The position numbers and the translations under genes were made by a program. Of a stretch of DNA of 64,000 bases, positions 45,483 through 55,125 are shown one piece after another (within the stretch, counting starts at the first letter, position 1; every line of letters starts with the position of its first letter). The notes beneath the pieces were generated by a model. The model had not been told where the DNA came from. It made no database searches and saw only the letters and a list, made by a program, of their open reading frames with translations. The DNA is from Planctomycetota bacterium (GTDB taxonomy: Bacteria; Planctomycetota; GCA-002687715; CAIWVZ01): assembly GCA_044222185.1 (NCBI GenBank), contig JBGANV010000001.1:704001-768000 (forward strand), in the 5' to 3' direction.

Positions 45483-47098
45483 ACCGACGAGTCTTCGCGC
45501 TTGCGGCGGCATCGGTGGTGACGTGGTTGGTTCAGGCGCAGGACGAACCCATCGGCCCACCGAGCGCCGTTCTGGATCTGACGTCCGCCAGGGACCTCGC
45601 GCAGGTTTCGGGCGTCTGGCGCTACGCCGACGCTCGCGTCGTCGACGCCGACTTCCGGGGACCCGGGCCCGATCGCAAGCCCACGGGATCGCCCGTGAGA
45701 ACGCAGGTGATCGAGCCCGCGGCCGGTGCCGCTGATTTCGACGACTCGACGTGGCCCGTCATCGAGCCGGCCACGCTCGCCGATCGGCGCGGCAACGGAC
45801 GTGTGTCGTTCAATTGGTATCGCCTCGAGTTCACGGTGCCACAGAGCCTCGGCAACGTCGAATGCGCCGGCGCGTCGATCGTCTTCGAGATCGTCGTCGA
45901 CGACTACGCGGAGGTGTGGGTCGATGGGGTTCTCGCACCGAGGCTTGGTCAGGCGCACGGTGGCGTGGTGTGCGGGTGGAACGTGGGAAACCGAGTGGTG
46001 GTCGTTCGCGATGCGGTCGCGGGCCGCAAGGTGAAAGTTGCCGTCTTCGGCATCAACGGCCCGATCTCGAGCAACCCGGCGAACTTCATCTGGGTGCGCT
46101 CGGCGGCCCTCCAGATCTTCACTGGTCCCAGGAGCCTTGCTCCGCAGAGCGTGGCCGTGAAGGTCGAGCGTCGCCATCCCGCGCTCGACGAGATCGTCAC
46201 TTCGAACGTCCACGCCGACCGGCTCGCGACGGGCTTTCAGTTCACGGAGGGTCCGGTCTGGACACGTGACGGTGCGTGGATCTTCAGCGATCCCAATGCG
46301 AACCGGCAGTACCGGCTGGACGCAGGTGGATCGCTGACGGTCTTGCGCGAACGAAGCGGGTATGGCGGCGCGGATGTGCGCGAATACGGTCAACCGGGGT
46401 CGAACGGCAACACGTTCGACGGCGTTGGTCGCCTCACGTTCTGCCAGCACGGCAATCGGCGTGTCGTGCGCCAGGAGGAGGACGGCTCGATCGTCGTCCT
46501 CGCGGATCGGTGGGACGGGCGGCGCCTGAACAGCCCGAACGACCTGGTCTACCGATCGGACGGTGCGCTCTTCTTCACCGATCCGCCGTTCGGACTCCCG
46601 AAGTTCCACGACGATCGCCGGCGTGAACTTCCGTTCTGCGGAGTGTTTTGCGTGAAGGATGGAGTCGCTCGCCCGGTGGCGCGCGACCTGTCGGGGCCCA
46701 ACGGAATCGCATTCACGCCTGACGAACGGTTCGCGTACGTGACGAACTGGGACCCGCGGAAGAAGGTCGTGATGCGTTACTCGGTCGGCGCGGATGGCAC
46801 GTTCTCGGAACCGACGGTGTTCTTCGACATGTCGGCCGTCGGCGGCGAGATCGCACTCGATGGGCTGAAGGTCGACGTCCGGGGCAATCTGTTCGTCTCC
46901 GGGCCCGGTGGCATCTGGGTGATCGACGCGCGAGGGACTCACCTCGGGACGCTCGCCCTGCCGGAGTTGCCGGCGAACTTCGCCTGGGGCGGGGAGGATG
47001 GCCGCACCCTGTTCCTGACGGCGCGGACGAGCGTCTATCGCATGGCCGTGCTCACGGGCGGCGCGAAGCCGGCCGAGGGCGGACCGCCCCGACGCTGA
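45479..47098 (+). CDS. Exported SMP-30/gluconolactonase family protein with an N-terminal galactose-binding-like domain
   Basis: FTEGPVW, SNGNTFD, LNSPNDL, PNGIAF, DGLKVD..GNL; N-terminal WYR...VDDYAEVWVDG. ATGA overlap. Confidence 0.88.
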   Translation: MNRRVFALAAASVVTWLVQAQDEPIGPPSAVLDLTSARDLAQVSGVWRYADARVVDADFRGPGPDRKPTGSPVRTQVIEPAAGAADFDDSTWPVIEPATLADRRGNGRVSFNWYRLEFTVPQSLGNVECAGASIVFEIVVDDYAEVWVDGVLAPRLGQAHGGVVCGWNVGNRVVVVRDAVAGRKVKVAVFGINGPISSNPANFIWVRSAALQIFTGPRSLAPQSVAVKVERRHPALDEIVTSNVHADRLATGFQFTEGPVWTRDGAWIFSDPNANRQYRLDAGGSLTVLRERSGYGGADVREYGQPGSNGNTFDGVGRLTFCQHGNRRVVRQEEDGSIVVLADRWDGRRLNSPNDLVYRSDGALFFTDPPFGLPKFHDDRRRELPFCGVFCVKDGVARPVARDLSGPNGIAFTPDERFAYVTNWDPRKKVVMRYSVGADGTFSEPTVFFDMSAVGGEIALDGLKVDVRGNLFVSGPGGIWVIDARGTHLGTLALPELPANFAWGGEDGRTLFLTARTSVYRMAVLTGGAKPAEGGPPRR

Positions 47099-47143
47099 GG
47101 CGCGCGGTCCATGGGCCGCGGCCGGGACGTCGTACACTCGGCC

Positions 47144-48028
47144 ATGGCTCGACCTGAACTGCGTCTTGCGGCCAACGTCGTGGGCGACTTCTTCGTCGAC
47201 AGCTCGTGCATCGACTGCGATACGTGCCGGTGGATGGCGCCCCGGACGTTCGGCCGCGCCAACGAACAGGCCTTCGTTCATGCGCAGCCGCAGCCCGGGC
47301 CCGAGGAGGATCGTGCACTGATGGCGCTCGTCTCGTGCCCAACGTCGTCGATCGGCGTGGCGGAGCGCCACGATGTCGCACGTGGGGTCGCGCTTCTGCC
47401 GGACCGGATCGACGACGGCGTTCATCACTGCGGCTTCCACCAGGAGGCGAGTTTCGGCGCCGCGTCCTATCTCCTCGTCCGCTCCGACGGGAACGTCCTC
47501 GTCGACGTGCCCAGGCCGGCCGAGCCACTCCTGAAAGCGATCGAGAAGCTCGGGGGGGTGCGCTGGTTGTTCCTGACTCATCGCGACGACGTCGCGGGAC
47601 ATGCCGTGATCCACGCCCGGTTCGGATGCGACCGCGTCATTCACGAGGCGGATGCCGACGCGTCCCTTTCGTCGGCGGAGATCCTCGTGACCGGCACGTC
47701 GCCCGTCGCGTTGGCGCCAGGGTTGACTGTGATCCCCACGCCCGGCCATACCGAGGGCTCCATGTGCCTGCTCTCCGACGACCGCTTCCTGTTCACCGGC
47801 GACCACCTCGCCTACAGCGAGCGGCTCGGCCACCTCTACGCATTCCGGTCGGCCTGCTGGTTCGACTGGCATGCGCAGATCGCCTCCATGCGGACCCTCG
47901 GCAAGTCTCGATTCGAGTGGGTGCTGCCTGGCCACGGGCGCCGCGTGCGGATTCCGGCGTCGCAATCACACGAGGCGATCGCGCGCGCCGTCACCTGGAT
48001 GGAAACTGCGACCTCCGCGGAGGAGTGA
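47144..48028 (+). CDS. Ferredoxin-fused MBL-fold metallo-hydrolase
   Basis: CIDCDTC...CPT iron-sulfur motif; LTHRDD, PGHTEGS, FTGDH, LPGHG. Confidence 0.88.
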   Translation: MARPELRLAANVVGDFFVDSSCIDCDTCRWMAPRTFGRANEQAFVHAQPQPGPEEDRALMALVSCPTSSIGVAERHDVARGVALLPDRIDDGVHHCGFHQEASFGAASYLLVRSDGNVLVDVPRPAEPLLKAIEKLGGVRWLFLTHRDDVAGHAVIHARFGCDRVIHEADADASLSSAEILVTGTSPVALAPGLTVIPTPGHTEGSMCLLSDDRFLFTGDHLAYSERLGHLYAFRSACWFDWHAQIASMRTLGKSRFEWVLPGHGRRVRIPASQSHEAIARAVTWMETATSAEE

Positions 48029-48078
48029 CGTCGCACGGTCGAAGGTGTGCGTGAGCTTCCGCCCCAGCGGCGATCCGT

Positions 48079-49188
48079 TCAGGCGTCCTTCACGACGACC
48101 TTCTCGCAGCGGGAGAGGAAGGCCGGGTCGAGGTCGGCCCCGATGCCCGGCGCATCCGGCGGCGTGACCTCCCCGCGCGGACCGTAGGTGATCCCGCCGG
48201 TGACGGGGTCGCTCGCCAGGAAGTCCGCGCCGTCCAGGTCGGCGTAGGCGAAGTTTGGCCGCGCCGAGATCACGTGCGCGGCTGCCGAGAGGCCCAACCT
48301 CGTTTCCGTCATGCATCCCAGCATGCAGCGCATGCCGGATGCCTCCGCGACGGCGTTGATCTTCAGCGCCGTGTGGATGCCACCCGACTTCGAGAGCTTC
48401 ACGTTGAAATGATCGCAGGCGTTGGCGCGGACGAGTCGAAGCGCGTCGTGATCGTCGAACACGGCCTCGTCGGCCATGATGGGGATGGACGTGCGCGAGC
48501 GGACGTGTGCCAGGCCATCGACGTCCCAGGCCGGTACGGGCTGCTCGCAATACTCGATGGCGTGCGGCTCGAAGCTCCGCAAGGCGCGGGCGGCGGTCGT
48601 CGCATCCCACCCCTGATTGGCGTCGATGCGGAGCGGAACGTCCGTACCGATCGCCTTGCGAATGGCACCGAGGACGCGCTCGTCGCGCGCCGGGTCTCCG
48701 CCCACCTTGACCTTGATCGCCGGGAACCCGCGCTCCCGGAAACGCACTGCGTCGGACACCATCTTCTCGGGCTCGTTCATCCCGATCGTGCGATCCGTGA
48801 CGAACGTTCGGCGGCCGCCTCCGAGCAGCGCGTAGAGGGGCAGTCCCGCGGCCTTCCCGAGGATGTCGTAGAGGGCCATGTCGAACGCCGAGAGCGTCGT
48901 CGTGTTGTGGGGGAGGTACCCGCGAAGGTCGCGAAGGCGTCCCTCGACGTCGGTGGGATCGCGTCCGACGAGGAATCGGGCCCAGTCGCGTGCCGCGGCC
49001 ATGCCGATCGCCTGCGTCTCACCGACGATCCTCCAGAACGGGTTGGCTTCGCCGACCCCGTGCACACCTGCGTCCGTGTCGATGCGGACGAAGACGTTCG
49101 CCGCGGTCGCAATCTCCATGGTTGCGATGCGGAACGGTTCGAGGAGCGGAATATCGCCGCGAAACAGCGTGACAGCCGTGATTCTCAT
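48079..49188 (-). CDS. Dipeptide (L-Ala-D/L-Glu) epimerase, enolase superfamily
   Basis: KVKVG, RIDANQGW, EQP, MADE, NVKLSKSGG, GCMTE, DLD motif. Confidence 0.88.
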   Translation of the reverse strand: MRITAVTLFRGDIPLLEPFRIATMEIATAANVFVRIDTDAGVHGVGEANPFWRIVGETQAIGMAAARDWARFLVGRDPTDVEGRLRDLRGYLPHNTTTLSAFDMALYDILGKAAGLPLYALLGGGRRTFVTDRTIGMNEPEKMVSDAVRFRERGFPAIKVKVGGDPARDERVLGAIRKAIGTDVPLRIDANQGWDATTAARALRSFEPHAIEYCEQPVPAWDVDGLAHVRSRTSIPIMADEAVFDDHDALRLVRANACDHFNVKLSKSGGIHTALKINAVAEASGMRCMLGCMTETRLGLSAAAHVISARPNFAYADLDGADFLASDPVTGGITYGPRGEVTPPDAPGIGADLDPAFLSRCEKVVVKDA

Positions 49189-49274
49189 CGGGCCCAGTCG
49201 TAGGTGCCTTCCGCCGAAAGGGCAACGATGGACGTTGGAAATCCGACCGACCGACCGACGTCCCGCGGGCAGCT

Positions 49275-49304
49275 TTGAAGTTCCACGACGTGAGCCGGTA
49301 TCAT
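49275..49304 (+). promoter_or_regulatory. Sigma70-type promoter of the sugar dehydrogenase gene
   Basis: TTGAAG-18 nt-TATCAT. 5' UTR hairpin GCCCGGACC...GGTCCGGGC. Confidence 0.45.
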
Positions 49305-49384
49305 GCGCCACGTTTTCCCCAGTCAATCCGCGCCCGGACCCAGCCACCCAACGGTCCGGGCCACACCCCACTCGAAATCCACCA

Positions 49385-51277
49385 ATGAAGTTCCAACTCC
49401 ATCTCGTGGCGGTCCTCTCCCTCTTGGCGAGCCTGCTTCCGGCTCAAACGTTTCCCACGGGCTTCTCGAGCGAACTCCTGGTCCAGGGTCTCTCCGAACC
49501 CGACGGGCTTGCCTGGTTGCCAGACGGTCGCCTGCTGATCGTCGAGCAACGTACGGCTCTCGTCAAAGTCTGGATCGGCGGCACGACGGCGACGTCCATC
49601 GGAACGATTCCGAACGTCCGCAGCACGGGGAACGAACAGGGGCTTCTGGCGATCGCCGTCGACCCCCAATGGCCGGCGCGCAACTACATCTACGTCTGGT
49701 ACAACACGACGGTGTCGGCAAACATCCGGCTCTCGATGTTCGCGGTCAACGGGGACCTCTCGAACCCGGCAAGCGCGAACCTGACGCTCGGAACCGCGTA
49801 CCACATCCTGACCGACACGCAGGACAACGCATCGAACCACAACGGCGGCGCGATCCGCTTCGGACCTGACGGCAACCTCTACTTGAGTGTTGGTGACGAT
49901 GCGTCCGGATGCAACGCGCAGAACACGAGCACGGGACTGGGTTGCCTCATGCGCTTGAACGTGTCGAGCCTGCCCGGGGCGGGCAGCGGCCCACCGGCCA
50001 AGTCCGTCATTGCCGCGCCGGGGAACCCGTTCACGACGCCGGTCAACGGCAATGCGACGCTCGTCTGGGCCTACGGGTTCCGCAATCCCTACCGCCATCA
50101 CATCGACCCGGTCACCGGGAAGATCTACGTCGCCGACGTGGGCCTCAACACCGTCGAGGAAATCGACGAAGTGAACGCGAGCACGTCACCTGGCGGGCAG
50201 AACTTCGGCTGGCCCTACATCGAGGGCAACGTAACGGGCACCGGCTGCGGCGGCTCGACGCCGGTCAACGTGGCTCCCATCGCGACGCTGAACCACTCCA
50301 CCGGTGCTGCGTCGATCATGAGCATGGGCGTCTATCACAACACGCCGTCGGGCATCTACAACTTCGGCCCGAGCTACGAGGGCGACTACTTCTTCAACGA
50401 TTACTTCTCGGGCACGCTCCGCCGATTGAAGCTCACGGGCAGCACCTGGGCCATCGCGCCTGCGGTCCCCGGGCAGCCGAACGCCACCGAGTGGGGCACG
50501 GGATTCACGTCGGTGCCAGACACGCTCATCGGACCGGACGGCGCGCTCTACTACGTCACTCAGTTCCCGGGCGCGCTTCGCCGCCTGAAGCCCAACACGA
50601 ACTCTCCGCAGTTGACGATCGTTCAGGGCAACGGACAGGCCGCAAACGCCGGGCGCCAGTGCTACACGCCACTCAAGGTTCGCCTCGCGACTTTCGGCGG
50701 CACGCCGATCGCAAATGCCCCAGTGACGTTCACCGTCACGGCCGGCGGCGGCTCGGTGTCGACGGCGACCGTGACGACGGACGCGCAGGGCTTCGCTCAG
50801 ACGAACTACACGATGGCAGCCGCGTACTCGTCGAACCCCGCGATCACGGTGTCGTCGCCGGGGGCCGCATCGGTTCCGTTCAACCTCGTTTGGCGCGGGA
50901 TCACCGTGAGCTACGTCCCGGCGATCGCGTTCATCAGCGCTACGGTTCGCCACAGCCAGGTGAATTCTCCGATCACATTCGCGTTCGACGCCCCGGTGGC
51001 GTCGCCGTTCGTGACGACGAACTTCAACGACATCTGGACGAGCGTCCTGGCGCCGCTTCCGTCCTTCGGTGCCTTCGACGGCCTGGGGCTGGTCGGTCCC
51101 GCGGATCCGCTGATCAAGACGGCGGCCGCATCGCCGATCTGGACGAAGACCCAGTTCGGGCTTCCGATTTTCGGCGGCCTCACGCTGCGATTCCAGGCCT
51201 ACGCGCTCGACACGGCGCTCCTTCCGAGCGACGCGGCGATCATGGTGTCGAACTTCGTCGACGTCACGCTGAATTGA
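49385..51277 (+). CDS. Secreted PQQ-dependent glucose/sorbosone dehydrogenase-family protein with Ig-like and C-terminal beta domains
   Basis: EQGLLAIAVDP, NHNGGAIRFGPDG.LYLSVGD, AYGFRNPY, ADVG...EEID, NFGWP; Ig-like QGNGQ...VTF.V..GGGSV...TTDAQGFA. Confidence 0.88.
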   Translation: MKFQLHLVAVLSLLASLLPAQTFPTGFSSELLVQGLSEPDGLAWLPDGRLLIVEQRTALVKVWIGGTTATSIGTIPNVRSTGNEQGLLAIAVDPQWPARNYIYVWYNTTVSANIRLSMFAVNGDLSNPASANLTLGTAYHILTDTQDNASNHNGGAIRFGPDGNLYLSVGDDASGCNAQNTSTGLGCLMRLNVSSLPGAGSGPPAKSVIAAPGNPFTTPVNGNATLVWAYGFRNPYRHHIDPVTGKIYVADVGLNTVEEIDEVNASTSPGGQNFGWPYIEGNVTGTGCGGSTPVNVAPIATLNHSTGAASIMSMGVYHNTPSGIYNFGPSYEGDYFFNDYFSGTLRRLKLTGSTWAIAPAVPGQPNATEWGTGFTSVPDTLIGPDGALYYVTQFPGALRRLKPNTNSPQLTIVQGNGQAANAGRQCYTPLKVRLATFGGTPIANAPVTFTVTAGGGSVSTATVTTDAQGFAQTNYTMAAAYSSNPAITVSSPGAASVPFNLVWRGITVSYVPAIAFISATVRHSQVNSPITFAFDAPVASPFVTTNFNDIWTSVLAPLPSFGAFDGLGLVGPADPLIKTAAASPIWTKTQFGLPIFGGLTLRFQAYALDTALLPSDAAIMVSNFVDVTLN

Positions 51278-52988
51278 TCGAAGACCCCGGGCCGCCTCGG
51301 CGGCCCGGGAACCACAGGCGCGCCGCGGCGACGAGTACGGCGGCGGTGAGCGACAGCAGCACGCCAGCCGCCGCGGCGACCCCGAACGACCCGTTCGAGA
51401 ATTCGGAGTAGATCGCGACGGACGCGGGCGTCGTCGACGGGGTGTAGAGCAGGATCGACGCGACGAACTCGCCCATGTTCGTCACGATGCCCATGGTCGC
51501 GCCGGCGACGATGCCGGGGCCGAGCAGCGGCAGCGTCACCGTGACGAGCGCGCGGATCGGCGACGCGCCCAGGGTCCGCGCCGCGGCAGGCAGGTTTGCG
51601 TCGAGTTGCGCGAGGGCGGCCACCGTCGCACGAAGCTGCACGGGCAGGTGTCGTACGAAATAGGCGAGAACGAGAATGCTCGCCGTGCCGATCAGGGGCG
51701 GTCCAGCTCCGAAGGGGCCGTGACGCGCGAAGGCGCCGATGATCGCGATGGCGACGACCGTGCCAGGCACGGCCAAGGGCAGCATGGCAAGCCACTCGAG
51801 GGCCGCTCGCCACGCCTTGGGCGAATGCGGGCGCACGAGAACGATCGCCAGGGCGACTCCGATGTCGATGACGGTGGCGACGACGGCGAATGCGGCGGAG
51901 CGACCGATCGACGGCAAGAGGTCGGCCGCCGGCCCGACGGCTCGCGACTCGAGAAGGGACGCGAACACCGTTCGGTAATGCTCGAGCGTGAGGTCCGAGA
52001 GGAGCGCACCGCTCCCGATGCGGCCGAACGGCTTGAACGACAAGAGGACGAACGTCATCACCGGCAGCACGAGCGGAACGATGACGACCATCCCCGCGAC
52101 CGCCCGCAACCCGCGTTCGGCAGGCGACAACCGCAGTTCCAGCGCCGTGCCCTTGGTCCCAGAGGCCGCGGACTCGGGCGACCACCTCATGGTCGCGGAC
52201 GCCGCCACGGAGATCACAGCGAGGAGAACGGACAGCGCCGACGCGAGTGCCGGATCGTCCTTGCGCGCGACGAAGATGGCCGTCGTGAGATACCGCTCGC
52301 TCCCGCCGAAGATGTAGGGCGCCGTGAACGATGCCATGGACGACATGAAGGTCAGGATCGCGGCGGCGGACAGCGCGGGGCGAAGGAGGGGCAGCGTGAC
52401 GGTCTGGAACGCCTTCCATCGCGACGCGCCGAGCGTCCGCGCCGCCTGGATCAGCGAGTGATCCATGCGTTCCATCGCCGCGGCGACGAACAGGAGGAAG
52501 TAGACGTACAGCGTGAGCGCGTGAACGATGAGGACGGCCCACTGGCCCTGGAAGTCGGGGAGCGCGTTGGGGAAGACCCGCCGGATGACCCCGCCGACTC
52601 CGAACAGGAAGTGGAACGAGAGCGTTCCAAGAACCGGGGAGAGCAGGAGCGGCGTGAGCGCGATCCCCATGAGCACGCGCCCCGTTCGGCCGATGGGAGC
52701 GAGCAGCCATGCGAGTGGCACGCCGATGACGGCTGCGATGATCACCGTGAGCCCAGAAAGCCAGAGGCTGTTCCACAGGGCGCGGAGGTTGGTGGCATCG
52801 GTGAACAGGGAAGCGAACCGCGCGGCGGCAGGACCTTCGCAGGCCGATCGGAGCAACTCGGCGGCGGGCTGTGCGACGGTCCCTATCACCACGAGCGTGA
52901 CGCTCCCGATGAGGATCCACGGACGTCGTCTCACGGACGATGCTCGCTCGGCAGGAGGCGGACGGCGCTCGATTCGAACGTGAGCCAC
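51264..52988 (-). CDS. Fe3+/thiamine-type ABC transporter permease (two repeats)
   Basis: Two EAA-like loops (SLIQAARTLGAS, NLPAAARTLGAS) and about 12 TM helices. Confidence 0.88.
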   Translation of the reverse strand: MAHVRIERRPPPAERASSVRRRPWILIGSVTLVVIGTVAQPAAELLRSACEGPAAARFASLFTDATNLRALWNSLWLSGLTVIIAAVIGVPLAWLLAPIGRTGRVLMGIALTPLLLSPVLGTLSFHFLFGVGGVIRRVFPNALPDFQGQWAVLIVHALTLYVYFLLFVAAAMERMDHSLIQAARTLGASRWKAFQTVTLPLLRPALSAAAILTFMSSMASFTAPYIFGGSERYLTTAIFVARKDDPALASALSVLLAVISVAASATMRWSPESAASGTKGTALELRLSPAERGLRAVAGMVVIVPLVLPVMTFVLLSFKPFGRIGSGALLSDLTLEHYRTVFASLLESRAVGPAADLLPSIGRSAAFAVVATVIDIGVALAIVLVRPHSPKAWRAALEWLAMLPLAVPGTVVAIAIIGAFARHGPFGAGPPLIGTASILVLAYFVRHLPVQLRATVAALAQLDANLPAAARTLGASPIRALVTVTLPLLGPGIVAGATMGIVTNMGEFVASILLYTPSTTPASVAIYSEFSNGSFGVAAAAGVLLSLTAAVLVAAARLWFPGRRGGPGSSINSA

Positions 52989-53998
52989 ACGGTGTCACCC
53001 GCATGGACGGACGCGGAGCGATCGCGACGCGGGGCGCGGAGCGTGAGGCGAACGTCGCCCGCCATGCACTCGACCTCGACGGTCTCGCCGAGAAAGGCAT
53101 GGTTGGCGACGCGTGCCTGGATCGCGCCTGGGCCGATCGTCCCCATGTGCAGGTCGTCCGGCCGGATCACGGCCGTCGCGGCGTCGCCGGCGCGCAGGCC
53201 CTCGGCGGTGGCGACGTCGAGCGTCACGCCCAGGATCCTCGCGGTTCCACGCGTGCCATTCGACGAGAGGATCTCCGCGGGGATCGTGTTCGCGTTTCCC
53301 AGGAAACGCGCCACGAAGACGGACGTTGGCTCTTCGAAAACCGTCGTCGGTTCGCCGACCTGGCGGAGATGACCGGCATCCAGCACGGCGATCCGGTCCG
53401 CGATCGCGAGCGCCTCTTCCTGATCGTGGGTGACGAAGATCGCGGGAACCTGGAGTTGCTTCTGGATCGAGCGGAGCTGCGCGCGGACGGACCGGCGCAG
53501 GCCCGTATCGAGATTGGACAGCGGCTCGTCGAAGAGAAGCAGATCGGGCTCGGTCACGATGGCGCGCGCGAGGGCGATGCGCTGCTGCTCGCCGCCGGAG
53601 AGCTCGTCGATGCGCCGGCGCGCGGCGGAGCGCAGGCCGACGAGGTCCAGCGCGCGATCGATCCGGGGTTGGGCCTGCTCCTTCGAGACGTTTCGCATCC
53701 GCAGCCCGTAGCCCACGTTCTTCGTCACATCCAAGTGGGGAAAGAGCGCGTAGTTCTGGAAGACGAATCCGATCCGGCGGCGCTCCGGCGAGAGGTTGGT
53801 GATGTCGGTGCCACCGAGCACGATCGACCCGGCCTCTGGTTCGATCAAGCCGGCGACGAGGCGGAGCAAGGTGCTCTTGCCACAACCGGACGGGCCGAGC
53901 ACGGCCACGAGTTCCCCGCGTTCGAGCGAGAGGTCCAGGGGCCCGAGCCCCCGTCCGCCCGCGAAACGCTTCGACAGCCCCGCGACTGCGAACGTCAC
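52931..53998 (-). CDS. ABC importer ATP-binding subunit (FbpC/PotA type, TOBE domain)
   Basis: GPSGCGKST, VFQNYALFPH, LSGGEQQR, DEPLSNLD, VTHDQEEA. GTG 53998 overlaps the binding-protein stop. Confidence 0.92.
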   Translation of the reverse strand: MTFAVAGLSKRFAGGRGLGPLDLSLERGELVAVLGPSGCGKSTLLRLVAGLIEPEAGSIVLGGTDITNLSPERRRIGFVFQNYALFPHLDVTKNVGYGLRMRNVSKEQAQPRIDRALDLVGLRSAARRRIDELSGGEQQRIALARAIVTEPDLLLFDEPLSNLDTGLRRSVRAQLRSIQKQLQVPAIFVTHDQEEALAIADRIAVLDAGHLRQVGEPTTVFEEPTSVFVARFLGNANTIPAEILSSNGTRGTARILGVTLDVATAEGLRAGDAATAVIRPDDLHMGTIGPGAIQARVANHAFLGETVEVECMAGDVRLTLRAPRRDRSASVHAGDTVWLTFESSAVRLLPSEHRP

Positions 53999-55023
53999 TT
54001 CGCCGCGCCTCCGCGGGACTCCTTCTCGATGCGAGCCATCCAATCCTTCATGTGCTCGGCGATGAACGCGCGGTCGATCACCAACGGAGTCACTGGAAGC
54101 TGGCGGATCTCGGGCAGGAGCAGGGCGCGGTCGAAGCCGGGCCGCAGCGGAATGCGCGCGTGATCCTTGGCGAGGTAGGCGAGAGCCTCGGGCGTGTTCA
54201 CGAACTCGTAGAAGGCCTTGGCCTCCGCCGTCTCACCCTTGCCTTTGATCAATGCGATCCCGTCGACGATGACGGGGGTGGGGTCGGAGAACGGCGCGGC
54301 CACGAAGTGGTAACCCTTCTGCTGCTTCTGGAAGACGATGTCGGTCAGGTTCCACACGGTGATCGACGGCGCGCCGCCTTCGAGTTCCTCGAACATCAGC
54401 TCCGGGCTGCCCACGAACTTCCTGACGTTGCGGTGGATGGCCCGGACGCGTGCGAAGCCCTCGTCTTCACCGCCGGGTGATCTGGCGCTCGTCGCGATGA
54501 TCGCGGCGAAGAACGCGCGGAGGACTCCGGACTGCGAGGGCTCGCGGAGGATGAGCCGGTCCTTGAAACGCGGGTCGCCCAGGTCGGCGATCGTCCGAGG
54601 AAGCTCCTCGGGTTTGACCTTGTCAGGGTTGTACGCGAGCACGATCGGGAGTTGGAAACACCCCGTCCAGAGGTCTCCCGGGTCTTTCGGTAGCTCCTCG
54701 GTCGCGTAGCTGGGCCTGTATGGCGCGAGGAGGCCTTCGCGCGCGGCGACGTCGAGGGTCGTCGCATCGGCTCCCCACCACACCGCCGCCTGTGGATTCG
54801 TCTTCTCGCCGCGAACGCGTTCGAGAATCGCCGGCGGACCGGAGTAGATGGTCTGGACGTCGATGTCGGGATGCGCTCGCTCGAACTCCTGCTCGAAGTG
54901 AAAGAGGATGTCCCGGCCGTGCGCCGAGTAGACGACGAGAGGCGTGCGATGATCGCGGTCTCCACAGCCAGAGAGGAATGTGACGGCGAGCGCAGCTACG
55001 AAACTTCCCAGTCGGCGAAGCAT
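53995..55023 (-). CDS. ABC substrate-binding lipoprotein (FbpA/AfuA-like)
   Basis: Lipobox LSG|C; VVYSAH, EKTNPQA.VWWG, DGIALIKG, AKAFYEF. Confidence 0.85.
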   Translation of the reverse strand: MLRRLGSFVAALAVTFLSGCGDRDHRTPLVVYSAHGRDILFHFEQEFERAHPDIDVQTIYSGPPAILERVRGEKTNPQAAVWWGADATTLDVAAREGLLAPYRPSYATEELPKDPGDLWTGCFQLPIVLAYNPDKVKPEELPRTIADLGDPRFKDRLILREPSQSGVLRAFFAAIIATSARSPGGEDEGFARVRAIHRNVRKFVGSPELMFEELEGGAPSITVWNLTDIVFQKQQKGYHFVAAPFSDPTPVIVDGIALIKGKGETAEAKAFYEFVNTPEALAYLAKDHARIPLRPGFDRALLLPEIRQLPVTPLVIDRAFIAEHMKDWMARIEKESRGGAAK

Positions 55024-55125
55024 GAGGGCGGAAAGATAGCAGAGGTGCGGGGCCATCGAGCCGCGGCACGGGGCGAAAGCTCGCGGCATTCCGGCCGTAG
55101 TGTTGGCGTCGTCGGAGTGAAAAAG

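Noticed and set aside
49243-49259. (CCGA)4 tract upstream of the dehydrogenase promoter
   Set aside because: Short, GC-typical and outside the -35/-10 spacer; no evidence of switching.
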